Below, in pieces: positions 36,348-48,527 of a stretch of 64,000 nucleotides of DNA. Both the position numbers and the translations under genes were made by a program. The stretch's first letter is position 1. Each line of letters opens with the position of its first letter. This stretch comes from Laetmonice hystrix (lineage: Eukaryota), in assembly GCA_965235115.1 (NCBI GenBank), contig OZ249451.1:20336001-20400000 (forward strand). Direction: 5' to 3'. Below the pieces are notes generated by a model. It searched no databases and was not told the DNA's origin. It saw nothing but the letters and a program-made list of their open reading frames with translations.

Positions 36348-39300
36348 CACATGGTAGTAATATTCGTATGATCTGACGGACTAAGTTTTCAACGTCAGAT
36401 GTCTGTATACCTTGGCTGCACACAGGCGACTCAAGACTTCGGAGTTTCTCCTTGAACGCAATTAAGCCAGGTTTATATGATAAAAAACGAGCTAGGTCAT
36501 TTAGGTTCAATGCTCTGACATGTAAGAGAGGTGATGTTTTCAAATCATGTTGTGTCTGAGGCTGTTTGCACTGAGATGGCTCATTACTGGGCGTTGTAGC
36601 TGGGAAGCCATGTATGAAGTGGAGCAGACAGGTTGCCAATCGTCCACCGCGCCACACCACGGCACTGAATGAAAACATGGCAAGCACATGTCTCTATCCT
36701 ACTCTCCACCAATTCTACAAACCATACATTAACTAAAAACATTAACAAGAGTAATTATCGCTAAGTTTTCCTTCAACATGTGTGCGGAAACGAGAAAAAC
36801 AAGCAGAGGTTTCTCAGCGGTGGGTGAAAACTGGAAGCAGACGATAGTCGTAGTTCCGCGTTTTCCCGGTGGTGGCGCAGAGGCGTTCGCAGCGCCCTCT
36901 GTGGTGACTTGACAATAAACACTGCAGTGAAGGGACCCGAGGCAGTGGAAGGTATCGGGGATGGAGTAAAGTCCATGCACCGTTCTCGGCGGGTATCGGG
37001 GGGTCGACTTGCCCTGCGGCGTGTTTTTACATAATGCCAGATGAGAGTAGTTTGGCAATCGATGGATTTGTGTGTCTGGATGTAAGGCAGGCACTGAGTC
37101 TTGGATTATCGCTTGGAGTCAGGAAGACTTGGGACGGGGCCCGGTCGGACTTAGCCATGTGATAACCCCGCCACTCATTTGACACTGCAATCAGCAAAAA
37201 TAATGCAAGGACTCAAAAGATTTCAGGGGTCATTAGAGTTGGCGGTTGTATGCTTTCGTCCCCCGTCCCCCATGAATATTCCATTGTCGGGGCACACGTT
37301 TTTGGCCGACTTATCGATGCCAACCCCTCTGACACGCTAAGCCCCCATGCTGTGCCGCTCAGAACCTCATGCTCTACAAATACCCTCTTTGGTCTAATCT
37401 CTTCTGCATTTCAAAATGTCCGATTTCTGATTGAATTATATAATCCTCTCGGACAAAGAAGCGATACCATCGGTGACTTTCTGACCCGGAGTTCGTTTGC
37501 ATTTTAAGTGGCGAGTAAGGACCGGGGCTCAGTCAAGTGAGGCATGGTCGCCGCCAGAGGGACAAAACTTGAGTGGCAAACAACATTTAACTCATCTCAC
37601 TCTATCTACGTCCAGCTGGCGCTGCCGCACGCCCAACAGAAAGAGAAAAGGGGGGTTTTACAATCAGATGTTAGCGGGAGGGGGTGTGGGGAGGGGGGGG
37701 GGGGGTAAGGGACCGGTCTGTCTCTCACGGCAATCTGTCCTTGTGACAGGTAGTAGCGAGGGGAGCGTACAGGGGCCTGACCGAGTCTGCTGGGCCGTGT
37801 CCGGGGGGTGACAACCCGTCAACCCGTCCCGGAGCCAGCGGCCCTTGTCTCCCGGCCACCCAATCACCCCTGCCTCCCTTTCCTATACCCCGACACGCCG
37901 ATCCAACTCACCTACCCTCCGCCGATCAATCTCACCCCTGCCCGTCTGTCAAAACACTTGAAAAATTAGCTCCCAGAACGAAGCAGGCGGTCGGAAAATA
38001 GAAAATGGAAAAGTGCACAGAGCGCGAAAAGTCTGATGGCTTGTGACAGTTGTGGTCCCAAGCCATGCTCTGGGTCACGATAGAAGTTCACGTCAGGAAA
38101 CAGGGAGGGAACCAGGGGTGAGAATGGAACGAAACGAATCGGGGCTGAATACAGTAAACTAAGGCTCCTTTGAAATACAGCGCAACCCTAGATTCTGAAG
38201 TGGAAGCCACCCCCGCCCCCATCCCAGTTTGTATCTCTGCCTTTTGAAATCACTGAAGGGGACCGAGCATCTCAAGTCTTGATTTGCATTAGAATTGTGT
38301 ACATCCCCGGCATTACTTAGATGCCAACATCTAGGTCAGTAGTGAAGAGGATACCGTGGCGTAAAATAAACTCGGCGTTCCATTCCTTGTCGTCGTTTTC
38401 GTTTCGATGAACTTTGGGAAAACTACTGATGTAGCAGACGTGAGGTTTCGATCGAAATAACCAGAACAACCGTTTGTAGCTACAGAATTTGTCACGCCTG
38501 AAAGTTCTTTATTGATTGCTTCTTTAAAGTAGTCCCCTCTAAAGATTTTAAGATGTTAAGGTTATTTTATAGAGCAGACATCAAGTGTAAACTTAAGGAA
38601 TATATTGAGAGTTATTCACATTTTGGTTGTGAATTTTCGACAGGTATGAATTGAAGTTAACATTCAAACGAAAACACACGTGTTTAATAGAATTTGTTGA
38701 TGAAAAATTAAAGTTGGAAATGTGGAGAAAAGGTTGGGTTGGATTAATAAAAACCTTTAAATCGTGCATCCCCTTCTATTTGTAAGAAGAGCTGATTGTT
38801 TTGAACCCTTGTACCCTTCTGGTATGTAGCAATAATACCAGAAGCTGTATTACAAAGTAAACGAAAACTTGTCTCTGGATTCGGTATTTCCCGTTTGATG
38901 TTCACAAAATTATTATTATGGTTCTGTTCCCTGGTGCCTATTTAGTTTTCTATTTCTGACGTATGGATTGATCGCTATGATTTCATGCTGGCAATCTCCT
39001 TTTCCCGTTTTTTATATCTCTGTGCCAATTGTCTGTTTTTCTAATGTTTGTATCCCTGCAGTATTTATTTACCCCTGTCCCCCTGTCTCTCCTGTCCGCC
39101 TCCCCTGTCCAACACCCTTCCTATCTGTAAGCTCATCGTAAACGAATTCTCTCGATGATTATATTTTTCAAGCGAATTTTGTTGTTTGTAGTTAAGTGAA
39201 GTTTGGTCGAGGAATGGAAGATGTCAGTGACCGTCGCTGGATGGTCTGCGGTCACAGCAGTAGTCACAATGTTGTGTGACCGATAAAATACAGTTGACAC

Positions 39301-42300
39301 GATGTAACTTGTCACAAAGTCCGTAGGAAACATCCACCAACCTATCCACTCATCGTGTTCATTTGCCCCCCCCCCCTCTTTTTCCTCTTTCCTGTTTTCC
39401 CCTGGGGTTTCGATTCTAATGCCAGCTGCAATCCACCAGGCATGCATACCGACCATAGAACCCTATAAGTGGGTAACAATTTTAGTTATTTGTCAGACAT
39501 AAATATGCAGGTATCTTGCGATATCACGCGGTGAAAAGTGTTGTCTGGTTGAGGTTCGTAGCTGGTTGACTGAAGCTCTGACATGGTTAACGACGTCCCA
39601 TTTCGTTATTGCCAGGCACGTCCGGACTCCGCCCGTGGTACGTGGAAGAATCAAGGAAACTTTCACCCGTTTGAAGTTGCCGCTGATGCAGCCCTCGGCT
39701 CTTCCCCCCGTGTAGCATCTATCCGTCAGCGTTTACACAGGTATGTAAGGGTATGGGGGTGGTGGCGTATGTTGGGGTGGAATGGGGTAAAGAAAATACC
39801 CCCAGCATAGGGACCTGTCAACTGTGCATCAAGTTGGCTTTGAAATATAGCTGGTCTTATCCAAAACAATAAACTCTTTGTCGTCAGACTTTTTTTTCGT
39901 TGACGAATAAGAAGGTGAAGGGTTATTTCGCGTCTAGGATCACATCATAAAAACTGCGCTTGTTTTCTCTTTAAAAAAATAATAATTGCATCTAAATACA
40001 CGTCTTGCATCTTGTTCCGTCTTATCAAAAGTGGTCACAAACGAGAGTGAGTATGTTTGGACTCGGTGACCTGACATGAATGAAACCTTATTGTAGCCTG
40101 AACACCCCTCCCACTACTGTTTTAATGCCTAATAACACAATTATCCTGGCATAAGACATCGCTGAGTACGGCCTGAAAAAGGTATCCCCCCATTGTAAAA
40201 TCTCTGCGAACTTAGGAGGGGTATGTAGGGGTTATAGGGGCAGGGTAAGGGAAACAGTAAGTTTTTCTTGGGAGGTTTGGGGGACAGGTTAGGGGGAAGG
40301 GTAAAGTTCAGGGCTGCTGGTAAAGATGATAGAGTTTAAGTTGTAGATTTCGTGGGGGGTTTATCATGGGGAAACTGCCCCTCAAGTCGTGTTAGTGGAG
40401 TGTAGCCACAGCCCTTGGTGTCATGTGTTGGGAAGCCAGACCTGGGGCTGACGAGTTGTCAGAGGTTTGATACGTTCAGGGGGTGGTCTCTCACGCCGAG
40501 TTCACCGTCTAAATATGTAGGACTGTCTGACACACTTTAAATGGCTTCAAATACGTTGAACAGGAGGATATTTCAACCAATTTCGTGTCTGCCCCACGAA
40601 TAAAAGCGGCAAGGTCCATTGAAACGAAAATTCGTCAAAATGGCATCATTAGATACGCTTAAGTCGATGATTCTGTAGAGTTGAACTCGATGGTGTTGCC
40701 ATAAAGGGAATATTTCTGAAAGGTTGTGGTTTAAACCCCATTATGTGGCATTGATTTTGTGTCTTAGCGTACATTCAAAGTGGTGCGAAATCTGTCATGT
40801 TTTGGTGACGAGTGCGCATGTCAGAGGAAACCTGTCGTCTGCTGCGTGAAAATTATGTTTATATAAACCGGCGCAAAGCGCGGGGTTAATTGAAGGCGAC
40901 TTCTCTTTTCAAAGGAAAAGGTAGGAATGAGTTGGGGTAATATTTTAGAGATGAAAAGCGATGGCGTGACAAGGTAGGCCAGTCGCCTCTAGTCGACCTC
41001 GACATAACTACATCAGATGTCTCATTGCGTGCAGTTCGCCGCTGGGAAACACCCACCAGATGAGAGGAAAAAAACAAGTTTCACTGACGCGCGTGCGCGG
41101 ACGTCTTTCTGAGAGCGCGCGTCGTTTCAAAGTAAAGAACAAAACCAACGGAAACTTGAGGCAAACGAATTGACCTGGTGGTTTTGGCAGCAGAATTTCA
41201 AGGCAACGCGCTATTCTGGCTGGAGTCATGAGGTTTATAATTTGTAGTATTTTGTGTTTTAGTCTTCATTAGTTTGATTGGAAGGGGCTGAAACACAATA
41301 AACTGGGTCACATTGTGCTATCGGTGTTACAAATCTAAATATGATTAGTCGACTTTGTTTTCAAGATAAGGCGTTCTCATTTGGATGGAAAGTTTTGTTT
41401 AAATGACCTAATTGTTATTACAACCCTAGGGGAAACAAACTCAGATAGTATCGAACGGGGAATATTTCTCGTGCACTGAAAGGCAACCACTCCACAATGG
41501 GGAAAATATGTAGCGCATGGATTATGAATAATTTAGACAAGACTGCCGGGCTATCTGCCCAGTTTAGCATGAAACGAATGGACGGTCATGCCGTAGATTA
41601 GAGTATTATGTCTAGTCAGGTTATGCATGCAGTTGATATTGCCAGCTCGTAGACTATCCCTGTGGAAACGAATTTGTGTTAAGTTTTACAATACGCAAAT
41701 CCGGAGCCACAGGGTTGTACACAAGTCGACGTGGGTTGCTGTCATTTATATAAACTTGGGGAGAGATAGTTACGGTGAGTGAGGCGGGGGGGGGGGGGGG
41801 CGTGGTGGGGAGGGGGCTCAGCCCGCCTGCTGTCAGCAAGCCCTGCTGTGGGCATCAGGGCCTCAAGTTGTCCCCAAAGGGGACAGGCCAGCCCGGCCCA
41901 GCCCGGCCCAACCCGGCCCTCTGAGGGCCCAAGCGTTGGTGACTCAGAACATTGCAAACTTTTGTCTATATCCGTAAAGTATCGGGAAAATTTCCCCGGT
42001 GTGAAGGGAGCCTTTGGCATCATTTGGCCCCAGGAAACACCGACAGTGTTGACTTCGCCAGGAGCAGTCCTAACTTCTGACATGATGAACTACCGCTAGT
42101 GACAGTCGTGACTCTGACCTTCTCAAATTCTTCTTTTTCTTCCCCCCTTTTTATGTGTTTGTCCCATGGTGCGCTGTTTTTAATGAAACATCCAACAGTG
42201 TAAAAATAATATATGTTTGCCCTACATGTAAGAGCGAGACAGGTTCAAGTTAGGGAAGGGTGGTTGATTGAAGGATGTATGTGCAGTAATATACCACCCA

Positions 42301-43457
42301 GGGCATACTTTCATACGATAGTATTATATACTTCAAGTCACACCTCGAGTGACACATTTAAAAGGCACGCATGTCATATATAAACCTACTTTTTTATGTA
42401 GCCATATTTTATGTCGAAGCCTACACGCCCGTTAGAACTCTTTATATAGCTCTCTTTATATACCAATTCTTTTATTTGGTGCAACTTATCTTAAAAGGTG
42501 ATAAACAGATTGGTTTTTTATAGCCGATTTACAATACGTAATTTGGGCCTGGAAGTCGGCGACAATGGCCTCGTTGGCTGATACTAAGCCGAGGACATTA
42601 AGTTTGAAATGACTAGTTGAAAACAGCGGTGTCTGTGTTATATGGGGGACAACCCTCAGAGAGCTGTGTAATTTATGACCCGCTGCAACTTCAGTACTCC
42701 CCGCTTGCATGTCTGGCCCCAGCCAGACCTCTGACGGTACCGCCTCACTGTCAGACAGGCTCGGCGAGTTTTATGGGGTTTGCCTGCTGAGGGTCGACGG
42801 CGAGTGGCAAGCGTGGATTACGTCATCAGTCTGTGGGAACTGAGCCCCGGATAGCCAGTCATTACGTAACGCGCGAGTCCAGTCGTCGATTCGCTAACCG
42901 GACAACTCCGCGGGAAGTTTAGGATGGGAATCGATTTTCCGCGCGGCATCTGTTCAAAACGAATATTCCACAGGGAGGGTGAAAACGTGAAGTTTGCCAT
43001 CGAAGTTTGGTGTTAGTGAAACGAATGTTTCTGAAGGTGGTGGTGGTTTTGGTGGGGAGGGTTTGCGCGCGGGGTTTCAGAGAAGGAAGGGGTAAGTTGA
43101 TAGGGAGACCGTGGGATGGGAGGGAGGGAGGGGGGTACGGCCCGCCTCGGTGGCTGTGACTGGCAGCACAGCGGGCCGGTGGCGGGGTGAGGGGGGCGGG
43201 GCTGGGGGCCTGTGTCCGCACTGCAGTACTTCACCACCACCAGCCCCGCACGGGTTGGTGTGGAGGGGGTGGGGGTGGGAGGCGGGGGGGGGGGGTCAAC
43301 AAGTCGGGGAGACTGACAACTGGACATAGTACCAATATTACCGCACTGATTTATCGACCCAAATAACATGGCACAATCTCGATATGTTTCACGCCCTGAG
43401 ATCAATCAGAAAGTCTCAAACTTTCCTAACCTTTCTGGTAACAGAAGGGGTTCTACA

Positions 43458-43471
43458 GCGCCCCCTGCTGG
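43458..43471 (-). promoter_or_regulatory. Strong candidate CTCF site (TGA-CCAGCAGGGGGCGC-TG), about 0.9 kb upstream of the Hox4 ATG
   Basis: Full match to the CTCF core with consensus-like flanks. Confidence 0.65.
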
Positions 43472-43723
43472 TCATACTGTGAGAAACAGAAAGTTTGATC
43501 CCTCTCCCAGCCACATGCCTTCCTATACCTCGACCCGAACTCATTGCACTTTTCAATCCCTCCAGTAGCTTGGCCGTCAGTTAGGCCATTCCGCGGCTCT
43601 ACACATCCTGGCCAACGCGTCGCGCCTGATTCAAATGCAAAACCGAAGCACAAAGACTTTTTTCTGGTTTCAGGCCCTGAAGCCACCAAGACTGACGGCT
43701 GTGTGGTTTGCCATCACCCCATA

Positions 43724-43806
43724 CCCCCTTCCCCTCCGCCACCCCCTCCCAACCCACCCCCACCCCCACCCCCACCCCACCCCCACCCCCACCCCAACCC
43801 CCTCCC
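43724..43806. repeat. C-rich (CCCCCA)n-like tract upstream of Hox4
   Basis: More than 10 consecutive C3-C5 runs. Confidence 0.85.
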
Positions 43807-44217
43807 GTACACTCTCTCGGACGTCCTATCTACATATTACATAACTCTCATTAAAACCCCGCTGGCCGTCTTCCTTACGTACCCCCACCCCCTACCCCCA
43901 CCCCACCCACTTCATCCTCTCCTCTTTATTGCGGATTAATCAGATTCCAGCTTTTGCCCTTTGTTTTAATCCTACGCCTCTCCCTTTTTGTCCGTAATTT
44001 TAAAATCAATACTTTTAACAGCGCCGAACATGAATAAATAATTAGTTGGCGGAGCGATTTATTCTCATAAGCACTTGAAATATGTTGGCGCGCTATAACG
44101 CACCTCAACTATGACCGCGCGCGCGATTACTTCGCCATTAAATCCAATCTCATGTGCAGTTCACTCGCAGTAGCTGACTGGCAAGCACTCACTTCGGCTT
44201 CACACAGCGCTCCCCAA

Positions 44218-44295
44218 CTGTCAAACCATGATGGAGGTCAAAGTTGAGGCTGCTCGACGCTGATTGGCTGCTGTAGACCACGTGATATGTAAATA
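44218..44295 (+). promoter_or_regulatory. Candidate Hox4 proximal promoter: TALE site CTGTCA (44218), DR1-like AGGTCAaAGTTGA (44235), inverted CCAAT (44263), E-box CACGTG (44279), GTAAATA (44289)
   Basis: The motifs are read directly 80-160 nt upstream of the ATG. NF-Y and USF are known activators of the vertebrate Hoxb4 promoter. Confidence 0.6.
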
Positions 44296-44376
44296 TCTAC
44301 ATATAGGGAGGGACTAGTCGACTCAAAGACGACAAGTAGAGAGAAAAATTATTTCCACCCAATTCAGCCAAAATTA

Positions 44377-44929
44377 ATGACCATGAGTTCGTTTTTGATG
44401 AACTCGAGCCCCTATGTGGAGCCAAAATTCCCTCCAAATGAGGAATATTCTCACAATAACTACATCCCGAATACGCAGCCCGAGGATTTTTATCGACGAG
44501 CGGCGCAAAATTATGGTTACGGTGCCTCTGGAGCTCCTGACCATCGCCGCTTCGCGCAGGAGAGTTTTCCGGCCAGTTCGAGCTATGGATGTTCGCCGTC
44601 AAACGGAGTTTCTCTCAATGCTGTAGCAGCTGTAAGCGCGGCAAATACCCAAGGACCAGGATATGCACCTTCTTCATCACACGGGGAAAACGATGTGTTA
44701 TCGCCATCGACGGAGGCAAACTGTCAACCGAGAAACAGTCCGCCTAACACGACCAGCATGCCGCAATGTACACAACAGGGAGTCAGCCATAGTCCGGGCC
44801 CCCAACACCCACTCGGCCACACTACCGTCAACAGTAACATGACCAACAACAACACACACAACACGACAACCAACACAAGTCCACCGGTCATCTATCCTTG
44901 GATGAAGCGAGTACATTTAGGATCATCAA
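44377..44929 (+). CDS. Hox4: Hox4/Deformed coding exon 1
   Basis: Group-4 N-terminal motif MTMSSFLMNSSPYVEPKFPPNEEYS and hexapeptide IYPWMKRVH (YPWM 44893-44904). A GTAAGT donor at 44930 gives phase 1. Confidence 0.96.
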
Positions 44930-47900
44930 GTAAGTTCACGCTAACATTCCTTGCTACTTTTTACGGGTCGAGTTGGCGGCGTTCGCTCGACCTAACTCCC
45001 GTTGTCACGTTGTCAGTTCGAAGCGAGGCCTTACCCCGGTCGACACGGTCCCAACTATCGCCGTTTTCTAACTCCCCATGGCGTTAATTTCTCAAGATAA
45101 CGTATGAAATCGACACCAAACATCCTAATTGACATCCATAGACATGTTTGCGGCCCCTGTTGTTCTTGAAAACAACTATTTTGGTCACGTTCATAGTTGT
45201 AAACAAACGCCACGAGACCCAGTCGGCTTCCTTCGAAACTAGGCAATGGCGTGCATATATTAGGGTCGAAAGCAGACGACATTTGTAAATCACCACCTAA
45301 ATGGGACCATAAACTGAGCCGGGGCCGTCTGCTTCTGTCAAATCCTCACATTAAGTGACATTTGGCTATAACGTGACGTACTTGGTGATTATCCCGGTAA
45401 ACTTCAGTCACGTTTAGTGGTTTAGGTAACATTTGGGCCAACGCGTCATTCTGGAGACGATTTGAGCATGGTTTACGTCAGTGGTATAAAACAACCAATC
45501 TCAGTTACATTGAGAGGATGCGACTAAAGTTGAGACACTTGTATGTTGGGGTTGATTGTTATGTTAAGGGTGTAGAATGCTATGGTGGTTTAGATTCGGG
45601 ACAGTGACTGCGGAAGCCATGGTTGAGGTGACTTAGCCGTGTGTAGACCTATACACTCGGTGCACTGACTGCATCCATGGTTGTATATCTCTCATACAGT
45701 CTATATTCACCGTGTGTTCTCCCCTGACAATCCCCGCCGGCCGTGTTAGAGGTAGCTTGGTGTCTGGCTGTATCTTACAGTCAACATTGACCCCGAGTTT
45801 ACCATTGTTGTGTGCCAGGGCCAGCCGTGCCTGTGGCTGCCGTTGACCGGGGGCCAGCGGTGACCGACCGACCGACCCGCCCCGGCCACCTCACCACCCG
45901 TCCCCCGGCTACCACTCAGTCCGTTCCCGGGACGTCCCACGCCAAACTTACCGTGCCCCAGTACACCGCACAACACGCTTCAAATTGCTCTCTTTCATCG
46001 CAAACCATGGGTGTGAAGTTTGTTTACGTTGTTGGAAACCAGTGCCGAAAGTTACCGACTTTGTTCGCGTGGCTACCACATAGACAAAAAAACTACCACT
46101 TCCGGTCGATTTTTTTACACTAAGTGCCACGGTAGACCACGTGGTTTCTTGTGTGCATATATTCATGACTTGTTTGGTGTGCACTTGATGTATTGTTATG
46201 GGAAAAGATAGACCTTCTCTTTTGAGAGAAAGACCTTTGAATCTCCTGCGAAGTTAATGTGGTTGATAAGGTATACGACAAAACGCTACCATCGCTTCAC
46301 TGTTAGCCCATGGGGAAGATTAGTTCTAAAAATCGCCGCACCGAGCGCTGGCTGTCCTACCACTCTTCGTATCTGTGTAAACATAGGGAAACTGCTGCTA
46401 GCACTATCTCATAATTCCAGGGTTTAATCGCCGCTACATCTATGTAATCTAGCATCAGCGTTCTAGCCGTGGGAGAAAAAGGCGGGGTGGGTGTGGCGGT
46501 TGGGGGGGGGGGGGAGAGAGAGGGGGGGTTGGGGGGACGTCTGGGTAGGACAATGCGCCTCAGTGGCTAGCAGTGGGGGCCATGTGGTTTATTGTGTGGT
46601 GATGCCCGCGCTCCCAGACCAACATCTGGCGTCCATGGTTACATCAACATGACCGGTCTCATCAGCCTCCCCTCCCCGCCACCTCCACCGGCTCTCGGCC
46701 CGTCCCGTGGGGTGCCAACACCAGGGCCTGGCCGGGACCAGGAGAGTCGGCAACCGGGGGCCTAAACCAGCCGGCCACCGGCCCTGCCCGGCCCGGTCAG
46801 CCCGGCCAGGGCCAGCCTGCCCCTCGGGCGAGCAACCCAAGCACGGGACTAATCATCGAAACCTATTCCTCATTATTTGTTTACAAGTCTCCGCCGAAAT
46901 ATCCATATCCATTATACTCACCCCCACCCACCCCCTCCCTCCCCCATACACCACTTACTCACACGACTAATTAAAACAGACTCTACGGTTGAGTCTGTGG
47001 TACCTTAGACCCCTCATCCATCATTCCGTCCAAAAAAATCTCATCTAAAAGGTCCCGCTCATTATAACTGGTTAACTGTATACAAAACTAGGAAACTTTC
47101 CCTAAATACACTTACACGACTATAACTGCAGCGAGTCGATGCGTCCCGGACCCCCCACCCCCACTCCGGAACAGTTTAAGCCAGACCAACCCTCCATAAT
47201 GGGTGCTACAAGTTGCCCAGTGAGAAACTAATTGTAGACGATTTGTCAAGCTGTGCCCCAGCGCCACCACGATACATTCACTATACAAGAACAGTCCTCT
47301 GACTATAGCACATATACCCTGGTGTATTCGGGTCCAAGTCCCTTGTCATAACACTCAGGTACATATACTCTAACCTACATGTATATGTCATTCATGTTGA
47401 GCGTGTTACCTGAGCATCCCTGGCGTCACATGACGCCTAATGTGGCCAACACGGTTTTTTTTAGCGTCCAGTGTCCGAATATTACAGGGATAAAAAATTT
47501 GTTCACGGCCAGAGCGCCAACGCCGACTTGTGGTCAAAACCACAGCGGTGGCTGCCCCCTGCCTATTCCCACAACCATTCCCACACCCACTCACACGCCC
47601 AATCACACCACGCACATATCCACGCACACACTCTGAGCGGCCATGTTGAATCATAGAAATCTAGTTCAAGCCTATGTCTCATAACTAGGACATCACATAC
47701 AGTCGGCTCTTCAGAAGTTTGGCATGGGAAAGTTTTATTACATATCAGCCTCGACGTATTCACAGCATATGTGGATCTGAGTTAGAACATGTAACTTTCA
47801 AAAGATGTTTTTTATTTTTATATATTTTTTCTATGCAGACGGTTTCCGTGGGTTGGGTTTTTCTTGTTTTTTTTTTTAAAGGGGGTATTTATCACAAGCT

Positions 47901-48527
47901 GCGTGTTCCTTGTTGGTGGTAACCGCAGCATCCGACGTAACTCTAGTCAACCCCCCTCCCCCACCCCCACCCCCCAGCCCCCTCACCACCAACACCACAA
48001 CCGTCAGCCGCCCGTCCCAAAGATGGTTTTAATTATCTCCCTTATCTAGTTACACATTGTGGCCGATGCCTTGCCAGTGCGCATGACAGTCGACGGCCCA
48101 ACCAAAGCTAGTGTAGAGAGAGAGAGAGAGTGCCATCCATCATCGCAACCAATAACGTGGTCACTGGAGCGTGAAGATATATTCATTCGGGCCGTGTTAG
48201 CACACACTACCATCGCCGCCACACAACATCCAACTTATTAATCCAACCTCTCCTAGCCACTCGCCACTTCCATTAAACAATTAATAACACCTCCAGGCAG
48301 AACACAGCGCAAGAATTCAAAAAGTCCACATGACCTATATCAGTAAAGTGCTGTCGATGTATGCAATTGGTATTGTCGGTCGATATCATGCTGTGTGATC
48401 AACTTTATTATGTGTGCGCCCTCCTTTTTACACTAATGTAGCAGATATAATACGCATTAATTTGTACGTATTCCATATTGTATTCTGTTATATAAATTCT
48501 AATGTTATGTTTCTGTTTCCTTCACAG
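44930..48527 (+). other. Hox4 intron (3598 nt, phase 1, GT-AG)
   Basis: Donor GTAAGT, branch-like CTAAT at 48499-48503, and pyrimidine tract tttctgtttccttcacAG. Splicing joins [23 protein letters not shown] in frame. Confidence 0.93.

Noticed and set aside
44930-45087. C-terminal extension of ORF 44377..45087 (SKFTLTFL...)
   Set aside because: This is read-through into the intron. The GTAAGT donor at 44930 splices in frame to the homeobox exon.
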